A DNA stretch of 64,000 bases from Candidatus Moraniibacteriota bacterium (GCA_030645735.1 JAUSNP010000004.1:10739-74738), one strand, 5' to 3'. Positions 46,857-58,376 are shown, counted from the first letter of the stretch. Notes: generated from the sequence alone by a model not told the origin. Program-made: numbers and translations.

Positions 46857-48443
46857 ATGGAAACGATAAAAACAAAAACAAATAAACCAAAATTTGTCAT
46901 CTATGCCCGTAAGTCATCAGAAGACAATAGCAAACAAGTGCATTCGATTGATGCGCAGATTTTTGTCATGAAAGACATTGCCAAACATGAAGGCATTCAG
47001 ATTGTGGAAATCTTTCAAGAATCAAAATCCGCCAAAGAACCTGGGCGGCCGGTTTTCAACAAGATGATCGAGCAATTCAAGAAAAACAAATATGATGGCA
47101 TTCTCTGCTGGAAAATTGACCGCTTGGCGAGAAATCCGGTGGACGCCGGAATTGTGCAATGGCTTTTGCAGAAAAATTCCATCCAGCAGATTATCACCAG
47201 CGACCGAAAATATAATCCGGAAGATAATGTCATTATTGCCAGCGTAGAATTCGGAATGTCGAATCAGTATATTTTGGATTTGTCTAAAAATGTGAAACGC
47301 GGTTTGGCGGAGAAAGTTCGGCGCGGAGAATATCCCGGGCCGGTGCCACTCGGATATTTGCGAGATTTCAAAACTAAAAAGATTATCCTAGATCCTGACA
47401 AAGCGCACTATATCAAACGAGCCTACCAACTTTATTCAACTGGCCTTTATTCTATCGACCAGCTCACGGAAAAACTGAACAATGAAGGCTTGCGCTCTTT
47501 GCACAGCCAAAGAGTCCAGCCATCAATTATTGGGCGCATGCTGAATAATCCAATTTATTATGGCTGGTTTGAATGGAAGGGCCAACTTTGCCCGGGCAAG
47601 CACGCGCCAATCATCTCCAAGGACATTTTTGACAAGGTGGACGAGATAATGTTTCCGCAGAGGGTTATGAAACGGAAAGATAAGCGAAAGTTCACTTTTC
47701 GCGGCCTTTTGCGTTGCGGTGAGTGTGGGTTGAAGATAACCGCGGAGGTGCGGAAAGGCCACACCTATTATCGTTGCACGAAATCCAGAGGCACCAACAA
47801 ATGCTCCCAAAGATATGTGCGTGAAGAGGCTCTGGACGAAGAAATCAACCGCAAGCTATCTGAGCTCAACTTTGATCCGGAAGTGACTGAGCTGGCCATT
47901 TTGGCGCTCAAAGACCAAAACAGAAACCAACTGCAACAGCAAATTGAAATCCAAAGAAAGAACGAGGAACTGCTCCGCAAGAACCGAGAATCGCAAGACA
48001 TCCTCGTCAATCGCTTTTTGGACAATCTCGTGCCAGAGGATATTTATAATCGCCGGCTGACAGGCTTGCGCAACGATGAAGCACGGTTGGATGAAATAAT
48101 CCAAAACACCAAAGACAACACACGCAACGCTTTTGATAAGATTGAAACGATTGTGCGCTTTTCCCAATTAGCCAATGAAATATTTACAAATGGAACTCCG
48201 GTAGCGAAGAAAGAAGTGGCTGGCATAATATCTTCGGACATCACTTTGAAAGATAGAAAAATCCTTGATTTTAGCCTTGATGTTGAATTTCAATGGATGA
48301 TAGATGATATGAATGACTCGTTTGCCCTAAACCACAAAATTGCAATCTTGGAACCAGTCACTTTAGCTTTAGAAAAAGCAAAAGCAGGCATTGAGTTGCC
48401 TGCTAAAAGCGTTGTGCGGGGCTGGCCGGACTCGAACCGGTGA
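46857..48443 (+). CDS. Large serine recombinase (phage-integrase type). It has a resolvase catalytic domain, a recombinase domain and a zinc-ribbon domain.
   Basis: The N-terminus is ..FVIYARKSSEDNSKQVHSIDAQ.. with the catalytic Ser motif, followed by ..ILCWKIDRLARN... The zinc ribbon is ..CGECGLKIT...YYRCTK..C.. and a long coiled coil follows. The last roughly 25 nt of the ORF overlap the 3' end of tRNA-Asp. Confidence 0.9.
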   Translation: METIKTKTNKPKFVIYARKSSEDNSKQVHSIDAQIFVMKDIAKHEGIQIVEIFQESKSAKEPGRPVFNKMIEQFKKNKYDGILCWKIDRLARNPVDAGIVQWLLQKNSIQQIITSDRKYNPEDNVIIASVEFGMSNQYILDLSKNVKRGLAEKVRRGEYPGPVPLGYLRDFKTKKIILDPDKAHYIKRAYQLYSTGLYSIDQLTEKLNNEGLRSLHSQRVQPSIIGRMLNNPIYYGWFEWKGQLCPGKHAPIISKDIFDKVDEIMFPQRVMKRKDKRKFTFRGLLRCGECGLKITAEVRKGHTYYRCTKSRGTNKCSQRYVREEALDEEINRKLSELNFDPEVTELAILALKDQNRNQLQQQIEIQRKNEELLRKNRESQDILVNRFLDNLVPEDIYNRRLTGLRNDEARLDEIIQNTKDNTRNAFDKIETIVRFSQLANEIFTNGTPVAKKEVAGIISSDITLKDRKILDFSLDVEFQWMIDDMNDSFALNHKIAILEPVTLALEKAKAGIELPAKSVVRGWPDSNR

Positions 48444-48490
48444 CCTACTGCGTGACAGGCAGTCGCTCTAACCAACTGAGCTACAGCCCC
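48417..48490 (-). tRNA. tRNA-Asp (anticodon GTC)
   Basis: The reverse complement is GGGGCTGTAGCTCAGTTGGTTAGAGCGACTGCCTGTCACGCAGTAGGTCACCGGTTCGAGTCCGGCCAGCCCC plus a discriminator. The cloverleaf and the anticodon loop CTGTCAC were checked by eye. Confidence 0.8.
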
Positions 48491-48513
48491 ATTTGTCTAT
48501 TCTATTTTTAACT

Positions 48514-48576
48514 TTGCGTAACCTACTGCGTGGCAGTCCCGAGTACTCGGGATCTGACCAACTGAGCTACAGCCCC
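48514..48576 (-). pseudogene. Truncated pseudo-tRNA-Asp fragment. It comprises the 5' acceptor and D arm, an 18-nt palindrome, and an anticodon-stem remnant, and has no T arm.
   Basis: The reverse complement is GGGGCTGTAGCTCAGTTGGTCAGA-tcccgagtactcggga-CTGCCACGCAGTAGGTTACGCAA. It duplicates the 5' half of the adjacent tRNA-Asp. Confidence 0.5.
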
Positions 48577-48604
48577 ATAATTTGTCTATTTTATTTTCAA
48601 CCCG

Positions 48605-48678
48605 TAGCAGGGGTGAGATTCGAACTCACGACCTCAGCGTTATGAGTGCTGTGCTCTAACCAACTGAGCTACCCGGCC
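48605..48678 (-). tRNA. tRNA-Met, or tRNA-Ile2 with lysidine (anticodon CAT), probably the elongator
   Basis: The reverse complement is GGCCGGGTAGCTCAGTTGGTTAGAGCACAGCACTCATAACGCTGAGGTCGTGAGTTCGAATCTCACCCCTGCTA. There is one acceptor-stem mismatch. Confidence 0.7.
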
Positions 48679-48700
48679 ATGCTTTTTATTCCAATTTATG

Positions 48701-48772
48701 TTGCGGGGGCAGGATTCGAACCTGCAACCTCATGGTTATGAGCCATACGAGCTGCCATTGCTCTACCCCGCT
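48701..48772 (-). tRNA. Initiator-like tRNA-Met (anticodon CAT), with a 1-72 mismatch and strong resemblance to tRNA-fMet
   Basis: The reverse complement is AGCGGGGTAGAGCAATGGCAGCTCGTATGGCTCATAACCATGAGGTTGCAGGTTCGAATCCTGCCCCCGCAA. Compare with E. coli fMet: CGCGGGG...CTCATAA...CCCCCGCAACCA. Confidence 0.7.
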
Positions 48773-48844
48773 ATAAGTCCATTCTATGCAGTAAAATGGC
48801 ACTGCAAAAACTATTTGTTATTATAATCAAACCAGCTAAGTTTG

Positions 48845-49378
48845 TCAATCAAATATTTGATATACACGCAAAAATTCCTCAAAATGATTCAGAGCATGTT
48901 CAGCGTCCTCCTTGCTCAATTCCAAACTGTCATCATGTATAATCCTGTTTCGCAGTTCATGCGCCTCTTTCATCCCCTCCACATTTTCAATTTGACCATC
49001 TGGGATGCCATCCAATCGCTCAGCAAAATTGTCACCTTTATATCCCATCCTAGTTATCAAATCATCAATAAAAGTGTCTGCTTCAATGATTGCAATCTTA
49101 TAATCTGATTCATTGCCAACCTCTATTTTTTGTCGAATCTGTTGCCAAGTCTTTCTGGTTTTTTTCTTGTTAGTTGTTAGTTCACGCGGGATATTCATTC
49201 CAGTCACTGTCTCTCTCAGGTTGCCACTCAAACCTCTTTGCACCAAAAGCAAGATAATATCCACAAAAAGTATGATTGTATAAACACCCGCCAAAAATTT
49301 TATCACTGACAAAGCGCCTGAGTGATAAAGCTTAATTGCGTCAGCATATATAGTTGTCGCCAGCATTTCTACATCCAT
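48845..49378 (-). CDS. Hypothetical protein with one N-terminal TM helix
   Basis: A 177-aa ORF. Confidence 0.45.
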   Translation of the reverse strand: MDVEMLATTIYADAIKLYHSGALSVIKFLAGVYTIILFVDIILLLVQRGLSGNLRETVTGMNIPRELTTNKKKTRKTWQQIRQKIEVGNESDYKIAIIEADTFIDDLITRMGYKGDNFAERLDGIPDGQIENVEGMKEAHELRNRIIHDDSLELSKEDAEHALNHFEEFLRVYQIFD

Positions 49379-49420
49379 TCTTTTTTTATTTACCCTATTA
49401 GATTCCTCTATGGGGGCAGA

Positions 49421-50878
49421 TTATTTAGTTGCGATTTCGTATGCATGCGCCGCACGCAAGAGATTTTCTTCATCAAACCATTTGCCCATCAGCTGAAAGC
49501 CTTGCGGTAATTGTTTGCCGTCTACCTCCACTGTCGGCCCAGGCACACTGATTGCTGGCACACCTACAATGTTAGCTGTAATAGTAAAGATATCTTCCAG
49601 ATACATTTGAATTGGATCAGCCGTTTTTTCTCCAAATTTGAAAGCAGGACTTGGGGTGGTCGGCGTCAAAATCAAATCCACCGCCTCAAAGGCTTTTTCA
49701 AAATCTTGCTTAATCAAGGTTCGCACTTTTTGGGCTCGTAAATAATATGCGTCATAATATCCTGAGGACAAAGCATAGGTTCCCAACATTATACGTCTTT
49801 TTGGTTCAGCACCAATTCCATATCGTCTTGAGTCTAGGTATGTTTCAATGAGATTCCGATCTTCTGGCAAAAAGTCAAGCTGAGTATCTTCATGGTCTTC
49901 CGCGCGCATACCAAATTTCACCCCATCAAAGCGCGCCAGATTTGAACTCACTTCACATGGCATAATAATATAATAAACTGGCAAAGAATATTTCGCATTT
50001 GGCAATTCAATTTCTTTAATCTCGGCGCCCAGTTCGCGATATTTTTCCACCACTTTTTCAAAAGAAATTTTCACTTCGCCCGTCAATTTTTCTAAATAAT
50101 CTTTGACGACTCCAATCTTGAGTCCGGAAACTTCTCCAGTCAGATATTTAGTATAATCCTTAGCTGGGCTTTGTGCGCTAGTTGCATCCATTTTGTCTTC
50201 ACCAGAAATCACGCTCAAAATTATTGCCGCATCTTCCACGGTTTTAGTGATTGGTCCGATTTGATCCAAACTTGAAGCCATAGCAATGGCGCCATAACGA
50301 GAAACCCGACCATAAGTGGGCTTGAGTCCCACCACGCCACAAAATGACGCTGGTTGGCGAATTGAGCCCCCAGTGTCAGTTCCCAACGCCCAAACAGCCT
50401 CGCCTGAAGCCACTGATGCCGCTGAACCGCCTGAAGAACCTCCTGGCACTCGCTCCAAATCTACTGGATTTTTAGTTGAACCATAAGCGCTCTTCTCGGT
50501 GGAAGAACCCATCGCAAATTCATCCATATTCGTTTTGCCCAAAAACACTGCTCCAGCCTCCTCGAGCTTTATAACCACTGTTGCGTCAAAGGGCGCAATG
50601 TAATTATCCAAAATTTTTGAAGCTGCCGTCGTCCGCACACCTGTCACACACAAATTGTCCTTAATCGCTCCAGGGATACCTTCTATCATTCCAATTTCAA
50701 CTCCTGCCGCAATTTTTTCATCCACTTTTCTGGCCTGCTTCAAAGCCAGTTCTTTGGTCAAAGTTAGATAGGCATTTAGATTTTTATCCTGCTCCTTAAT
50801 GCGCGCAAAATATTCTTCAGTCAATTGAACTGAAGTAATCTCTTTTGAAATTAATTTATTGTGAAGCTCTTTAATCAT
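49421..50878 (-). CDS. gatA: Glutamyl/aspartyl-tRNA amidotransferase subunit A (amidase signature family)
   Basis: The amidase signature is ..GGSSGGSAASVASG.. and it is preceded by ..KDNLCVTGVRTTAASK... The start is placed at MIKELHNK, because the upstream in-frame extension lies inside a tandem repeat. Confidence 0.9.
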   Translation of the reverse strand: MIKELHNKLISKEITSVQLTEEYFARIKEQDKNLNAYLTLTKELALKQARKVDEKIAAGVEIGMIEGIPGAIKDNLCVTGVRTTAASKILDNYIAPFDATVVIKLEEAGAVFLGKTNMDEFAMGSSTEKSAYGSTKNPVDLERVPGGSSGGSAASVASGEAVWALGTDTGGSIRQPASFCGVVGLKPTYGRVSRYGAIAMASSLDQIGPITKTVEDAAIILSVISGEDKMDATSAQSPAKDYTKYLTGEVSGLKIGVVKDYLEKLTGEVKISFEKVVEKYRELGAEIKEIELPNAKYSLPVYYIIMPCEVSSNLARFDGVKFGMRAEDHEDTQLDFLPEDRNLIETYLDSRRYGIGAEPKRRIMLGTYALSSGYYDAYYLRAQKVRTLIKQDFEKAFEAVDLILTPTTPSPAFKFGEKTADPIQMYLEDIFTITANIVGVPAISVPGPTVEVDGKQLPQGFQLMGKWFDEENLLRAAHAYEIATK

Positions 50879-50948
50879 GAAGCATGAAACATGAAGCATG
50901 AAACAATTTTATTTTTTGTTACATGTTTTATGTTGTATGTTATATGTT

Positions 50949-51230
50949 TTATAATATAGACTTAACTTTCCCAAAATTATCTTTCTTATCTGGAAACAAA
51001 TTTATTATTTCAGCCTTATTCTCAAACTCGCTCATCTTATCTTCCCGCAGCCGATTCTGCATCCCAGTAATATGCGCCGTCGGTTCTACGCCAGAAACAT
51101 CAACCTCTTTCAACTCTTCAATCCAATCCAAAACAGCTGACAAGTCAGTTGCAAATTTTTCCAAATCTTTTTCGTCAACGCCAATGCGGGCTAGACCAGC
51201 AATGTGTTGAACTTCTTCCTTACTTAACAT
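50949..51230 (-). CDS. gatC: Glutamyl/aspartyl-tRNA amidotransferase subunit C
   Basis: A 93-aa protein reading MLSKEEVQHIAGLARIGVDEKDLEKFATDLSAVLDWIEELKEVD.... It lies immediately upstream of gatA. Confidence 0.8.
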   Translation of the reverse strand: MLSKEEVQHIAGLARIGVDEKDLEKFATDLSAVLDWIEELKEVDVSGVEPTAHITGMQNRLREDKMSEFENKAEIINLFPDKKDNFGKVKSIL

Positions 51231-51232
51231 AA

Positions 51233-51362
51233 ATTACAAATTCAAAATTACAAGCTCCAAATAAATTCAAAATTACAATTTTCAAAATTCAAAATAGTTT
51301 TGGATTTTAGATTTTGGTTATTGTAGTTTATTTGGAATTTGAGATTTTGGATTTTAGATTTA
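51233..51362. repeat. Intergenic palindromic repeat element, copy 2, homologous to 35141-35290
   Basis: Near-identical blocks aaattcaaaattacaattttcaaaattcaaaa and ttggttattgtagtttatttggaatttgagattttggattttagattt. Confidence 0.7.
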
Positions 51363-51368
51363 AAATTA

Positions 51369-53546
<2,178 letters not shown>

Positions 53547-53694
53547 CTAATTATAGCATACCCAGCAAAATAAAAAGTAGAGTCTCGTAACTCCGCTTTT
53601 TGAAGATATTTTATCAAAACTTACTTAGCTTACTTGGGACGGTTCTAGGTAATATATCGAAAAAGCTCCGAAGATTAAATCTTCGGAGCTAAAA

Positions 53695-54780
53695 TTAGTC
53701 CTTGATGCATCTTACTGAAGTTCCATAGCCTCGTCCAGAAGAATCACGAAAAATTTTAACCCTATTTGAACTCAAGCTACGAAACCAAGTACTGCTCGCT
53801 AAGCGCGGAGATGATGTCCAAAAATATACTTCAACTCCACGCTCCCAAAAATTACCATTTTGAAGACGGCTTCCAGATAAAAGCGCGGTGAAACCACTTG
53901 AATTATTTCCATTTAATGTTTCCGTAGAAAGCTTACTGCCTTCATTCACACCGCGCCAAGCAGAAATTTTATCCGCCTCAAGTTGAGTCATCCCAAGTTC
54001 CATTTCCAATGTTTTATATTCACCGTCTGTTGGCAAGTGCCAACTATCAGGACAAACACCCTGTGCACCCTCCACAGTTGATCCATTCATAGCTGCACTC
54101 CATTGATACAAAAAGCCAAGTTTATTATTTTTTATATTGGTTAGTGTTTCTTCGGCTGTTCCCGCCAAATTAGATGGGTACGCATAATATCCATTATCAC
54201 TACCATCCCAGGTGGGGGCTGTTGGGCCACGAACAATCGAAGTCCCATTAGGATACTTAGTAGTCTGAAGACTTTCTTTCATCCAGCATTGTGAGCCAAT
54301 TTGTACAGTTCCATATTCATTACCCTCTACATCAATTAGTTTACCACCACAACCAGGGGCAACCGCTGTCTCAATTGATCGTTGCATATCACTGCCTGTA
54401 CCGACTGATTTTATGGCGACAATCTTATCTAAGGTGTCTGTGCAAACTGCGACAATTTCATTGCCAGGATTGGCTGGATCGTCTTTTTTAAGTTCAACCA
54501 CAAATCCTGCTCCGGTAACTTTTCCGCCACTGCAAGGCAACCCCAAATCATTGCCAGTCTTTGTGCTGACAGTTCGATTTGTCAGAATGGCATCCATCAA
54601 TTTTTCAATACCCGTATCCGCGGTTTGATAGGCTTGGTTGGATTTATTAGATCCAAGTGAAGCCTTCCTTTCCTTGAGAGATACAATGGCGATACTTAGA
54701 GATGAGGTTAATACAATTCCCAAAATCATCATAGTGACAATCAGAATTGAAGCTTTAAAATTTTTTATTTTTTTAGTCAT
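53695..54780 (-). CDS. Membrane-anchored protein with a C-terminal FISUMP domain (Fibrobacter succinogenes major paralogous domain, TIGR02145-like), at the head of the pilus locus
   Basis: An N-terminal TM helix. The C-terminal motifs are ..GTVQIGSQCWMKESL.., ..GFLYQW.., ..CPDSWHLPTDGEYKTLE.., ..YFWTSS.., ..GTSVRCIKD. Confidence 0.7.
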   Translation of the reverse strand: MTKKIKNFKASILIVTMMILGIVLTSSLSIAIVSLKERKASLGSNKSNQAYQTADTGIEKLMDAILTNRTVSTKTGNDLGLPCSGGKVTGAGFVVELKKDDPANPGNEIVAVCTDTLDKIVAIKSVGTGSDMQRSIETAVAPGCGGKLIDVEGNEYGTVQIGSQCWMKESLQTTKYPNGTSIVRGPTAPTWDGSDNGYYAYPSNLAGTAEETLTNIKNNKLGFLYQWSAAMNGSTVEGAQGVCPDSWHLPTDGEYKTLEMELGMTQLEADKISAWRGVNEGSKLSTETLNGNNSSGFTALLSGSRLQNGNFWERGVEVYFWTSSPRLASSTWFRSLSSNRVKIFRDSSGRGYGTSVRCIKD

Positions 54781-54795
54781 ATTTTTCTATTAATT

Positions 54796-55374
54796 TTATG
54801 GAGCTACCTCTTGATAGTCCCTCAATGAAACAGCTGACTGAATCGCCACTTCATCTCCAGCTTCTCCCGTGCACACATTATTATAGCAAATATGCAAAGA
54901 AATTGTGACTCTGGCAACTGGCACGCTAGCAGATTTAACCACGAAAAAATTTGCACTATTAAGCGATCCGCTTATCATGTCAGAATAACTACTGCTAAAG
55001 TTGCAGATTGGAGTCACTTCGGGCGTTCCAGAATTTGTCCATGTTCCTGCCCTAGATTGTAATTTAGGACTGCTAAAATTATATTCTAAACAGCTATTTC
55101 GAGAATAATCAAAAAATTGCAGATTTTGAACTGGGGTTCTGTCAATTGGATTCAAAACCGTGCTAGTTCGCAAAGTTTTTGACATTTGTTCTATAGCAAA
55201 TCTAGCATTCTCCGTGTCCTGTTGCAACATTCTGGCTTTTTTACGCACACTCACCACACTCACAAAAGTCGACACCATCGTGGTCATCAACAAAGAAAAA
55301 ACAAAAATCGCCACAATCATTTCCATCAATGAAAATCCTTTATATTTTGATTTTAGATTTGTCCCAGATTTCAT
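54796..55374 (-). CDS. Pseudopilin/minor pilin (prepilin-type N-terminal cleavage/methylation domain)
   Basis: ..KYKG|FSLMEMIVAIFVFSLL.. matches the class III leader G|F(S/T)L(I/M/V)E consensus. Confidence 0.7.
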   Translation of the reverse strand: MKSGTNLKSKYKGFSLMEMIVAIFVFSLLMTTMVSTFVSVVSVRKKARMLQQDTENARFAIEQMSKTLRTSTVLNPIDRTPVQNLQFFDYSRNSCLEYNFSSPKLQSRAGTWTNSGTPEVTPICNFSSSYSDMISGSLNSANFFVVKSASVPVARVTISLHICYNNVCTGEAGDEVAIQSAVSLRDYQEVAP

Positions 55375-55411
55375 TATAAATTAGAAATTATAAATTAGAA
55401 ATTGCGCACAC

Positions 55412-55999
55412 CTACTCGCCCCAACTACTGAGCGTTGTTTCAGTATAGACACATTTATTTTTTGTATTACAATCAGCGTTGCTAGCCGGGAAAGATCCAT
55501 TCCAAGCTACCATGCTGATGACTGTTCGGTCTGTAGCTCCTGAAATAATCAACTTTCGATAAAATTTTGTTGCTGTTGAATTAACTGAAGAGTGCCCATA
55601 AAATCCAGTTGAATCAATATATAGCCGTTTAGCTGGAACACCTGCGGTGCAATCAATCGACGCAGGATAGGCATATGATTTATCTATGCGACAATCACCG
55701 CCTAACACAAAATGCGCAAATGATTTTCCAGCATCAGCCGTCGCCCAATTGTTATCCCGCACATTTCGCACCAATTCAATACCTTCCTGAGCCAATCCGC
55801 TAGCAATCGACTGATCGCGTGAATCTAATGATTCTGTCAGGCCCTTACTCAACAATTGCAAAGAAGCCAACAGTCCAATTGAAACTAAAAATACGGAAAA
55901 CAAAACCTCTACTAAAGAAAAGCCCTGCCTATTCGACTGTCCAGCAGATAAACGACTTTGTTTTTTAATCATACTATTGTCTGCTAATGTTTTTTGCAT
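55412..55999 (-). CDS. Pseudopilin/minor pilin
   Basis: ..SNRQG|FSLVEVLFSVFLVSIGLLA.. Confidence 0.7.
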   Translation of the reverse strand: MQKTLADNSMIKKQSRLSAGQSNRQGFSLVEVLFSVFLVSIGLLASLQLLSKGLTESLDSRDQSIASGLAQEGIELVRNVRDNNWATADAGKSFAHFVLGGDCRIDKSYAYPASIDCTAGVPAKRLYIDSTGFYGHSSVNSTATKFYRKLIISGATDRTVISMVAWNGSFPASNADCNTKNKCVYTETTLSSWGE

Positions 56000-56000
56000 A

Positions 56001-56546
56001 CTAATTTTCTACTATATTTCCAGTTGAGCTTATGGTGACTGATTTAGTAGCGCCTGTGCCAGCTGGATATTGGAGCACAATTAATTGATCGCCAACTAGT
56101 GTTAAACCATCCTTACCCAAAACATTTCCAAACGGAATTGCAAAATAAATTTCCGTGTCCGCAGAGACGGCAGGACTACTTAAAACCACATTGTTTCCGA
56201 GTTGCAAATTTTCCATCTGATTAAAAGAAGTAAAGTTGGTGTCGCTACAATCTTTGCCTGAATTTGGCAATTTATAAAAAATTTCATACTTGCTTGTATC
56301 AGTAAATCTGAAACCATAACCGCATGGTGTTTGTCCGCCCTGCATTCTTCCTTGCAAAGCATAGCTCTGCGCTAGTCTAATTGTCGTGGCTACTTCTCGT
56401 TGCGCAGTTACTAATCGCGTCGTGCTTTTTGACGATTGTAAAGACGCAAAACCCACTCCACCCATAATCCCCATTATTGCAATCGTGATGATAAGCTCGA
56501 GAAATGAAAAGCCATTATATTTTTTTACAATTTCCATTGAATTCAA
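56001..56546 (-). CDS. Pseudopilin/minor pilin
   Basis: ..KKYNG|FSFLELIITIAIMGIM.. Confidence 0.7.
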   Translation of the reverse strand: MNSMEIVKKYNGFSFLELIITIAIMGIMGGVGFASLQSSKSTTRLVTAQREVATTIRLAQSYALQGRMQGGQTPCGYGFRFTDTSKYEIFYKLPNSGKDCSDTNFTSFNQMENLQLGNNVVLSSPAVSADTEIYFAIPFGNVLGKDGLTLVGDQLIVLQYPAGTGATKSVTISSTGNIVEN

Positions 56547-56566
56547 TTCGTTAATGCGTTAATGTC

Positions 56567-57391
56567 CTAAAAGAATAATCCGAAATACCAATCCACGATT
56601 GGCTGATACCAAAACATTGCAATTAGCGACCCCAAAACCAAAAATGGCGCAAACGGGATTTGACTGCTCATCTTTTTCTGTTTCAATGCAATTAAAATGA
56701 TGCCAAAAATTGCTCCCAATGAGAAGGCCAGCATCAGCGCCAAAAGAATATTTGGCCAACCCAGAATGAGCCCCAGCAAAATCACCAAATAGGCATCGCC
56801 CATGCCCATCCATTTCTCTTTGGAAATTGCCACCATGGCAAAGAAAAAGGCAAAAGCCACCACCGCGCCCAATGTCCCAGAATAAACCAAACTATCCAAA
56901 ACACCTATTCCCCCTTGACCTCCTACACTTCCTGTTAGTCCCGTCGTCGCCCAATCAAAAAACAAATTGAATACAATCGCGAAACCAATTGCCGGCCACA
57001 ACGCCAAGCCTGGAATTTCCATATACAGGAAGTCATAAACAAAAATCACCATCAAGAAACTCACGATACCAAGATAATAAACTGTGCTAGCCCAAGTTGA
57101 AACATCAATTACATCAAAAAATTTGTAGCCGATTACCGCAAATAGGAGTCCAGTGAATATTTCTACCAATGGATATTGCCAAGAAATTTTTGTTTTGCAA
57201 TTTCTACATCTAAATTTCAATAAAATGAAACTGATGACTGGAATGTTATCGTACCACGCGATAGTTGCTTTGCAATGCGTACAATGCGAGCGCCCTGTCA
57301 CAAATGATTCCGCCAAATTCAAACGATAGACTACCACATTCAAAAAACTACCCACAATCAATCCCAGCACGAAGAAAATTAATATCATCAT
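56567..57391 (-). CDS. pilD: Prepilin peptidase (A24 family)
   Basis: A polytopic membrane protein. The N-terminal Zn-binding tetracysteine is ..CTHCKATIAWYDNIPVISFILLKFRCRNCKTKI... There is a conserved Asp-containing loop ..GMGDAYL... Confidence 0.85.
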   Translation of the reverse strand: MMILIFFVLGLIVGSFLNVVVYRLNLAESFVTGRSHCTHCKATIAWYDNIPVISFILLKFRCRNCKTKISWQYPLVEIFTGLLFAVIGYKFFDVIDVSTWASTVYYLGIVSFLMVIFVYDFLYMEIPGLALWPAIGFAIVFNLFFDWATTGLTGSVGGQGGIGVLDSLVYSGTLGAVVAFAFFFAMVAISKEKWMGMGDAYLVILLGLILGWPNILLALMLAFSLGAIFGIILIALKQKKMSSQIPFAPFLVLGSLIAMFWYQPIVDWYFGLFF

Positions 57392-57412
57392 ATTTTTTGA
57401 ATTATTGTTTAA

Positions 57413-57814
57413 TTATTCGCAAATTTGTCCTGTACAACTACATGCTATAAAGGTGTTGCCTAATTTAGTCATATCAGATCCTATATTAACCTTAAAGCTA
57501 CAATTGACTGAATCATAGCCGATTCCAGCATCATAAGTATAGCCATAAGAAAGCGCTGGCCACTTAGCACCCGCAAGCCCAACGGCTGTATTACAAATAT
57601 TTACATCTGCTGAGGGAGAACTAACCGAACCACCACCATCTTTACAGGCAATTATAGCCGGCAAAACAGTTTTTATCGAGGTCTTAACCCCATTTATTCT
57701 AGCATTTTTACGCGCCTGATTCACACTGACCAAAACAGCTATCGCCAAAATAGCAATGATGGCAACAACTACTAATAATTCTATTAATGTAAAACCCTGC
57801 CTGCGATCAGACAT
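57413..57814 (-). CDS. Type IV pilin
   Basis: The leader is MSDRRQG|[20 protein letters not shown]. The start is chosen at MSDRRQG. The ORF upstream of that point is hydrophobic and unlikely to be a leader. Confidence 0.75.
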   Translation of the reverse strand: MSDRRQGFTLIELLVVVAIIAILAIAVLVSVNQARKNARINGVKTSIKTVLPAIIACKDGGGSVSSPSADVNICNTAVGLAGAKWPALSYGYTYDAGIGYDSVNCSFKVNIGSDMTKLGNTFIACSCTGQICE

Positions 57815-57970
57815 GGCTCTTTTATTTTGCATAAAAATATTGAATCCATAAAATATTATAACCCCGTACAAACTCTAATTTTAACTACGCGATAAACGAA
57901 ATTGATAATTAAAGCTGGTGCGGGGCTTGCCAATTTCGCCTAGGCGGACAAATTGGCAAGCAAAAACTAA

Positions 57971-58354
57971 CTAGGGTTTACTACAGCCTACTTGAGTACA
58001 AGTGATTACGACAGTTGAAGCGTCTGTGGCAGTATAACTGAATGTTCCAGCAGCAGGATCTGATGTTGCAGCTCCTCCCCATGCTCCGCCGTTTCCAGCA
58101 ATAGCCGGCCATACAGAAGTTGAACCTGCGCACATAGCAACGCCCGCAGTTGGACCTGCAAGAGCCAAGCCATCATCCATACACATAACTCCACCAGCTA
58201 CAGTGCTACTAACTGAAGCATAGATAGCTGCGTCCTTAGCCTTTATTCTTGCAGAATTCAAACTAACCAAAACGATTGACGCTAAAATACCAATGATGGC
58301 AATTACGATCAAAAGTTCAATCAAGGTGAAACCTCGCATTATTTTATTTTTCAT
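57971..58354 (-). CDS. Type IV pilin, a candidate major pilin
   Basis: MKNKIMRG|[24 protein letters not shown]... It is 127 aa, Gly/Ala/Thr-rich, and has a C-terminal Cys pair. Confidence 0.8.
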   Translation of the reverse strand: MKNKIMRGFTLIELLIVIAIIGILASIVLVSLNSARIKAKDAAIYASVSSTVAGGVMCMDDGLALAGPTAGVAMCAGSTSVWPAIAGNGGAWGGAATSDPAAGTFSYTATDASTVVITCTQVGCSKP

Positions 58355-58376
58355 ATATTCACCCGCCTTTCTAGCT

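Noticed and set aside
57815-57871. N-terminal 19-codon extension ([19 protein letters not shown]) of the pilin ORF at 57413-57871
   Set aside because: Prepilin leaders are short and polar. The downstream Met gives the canonical MSDRRQG|FTLIEL leader, so the extension is probably untranslated.
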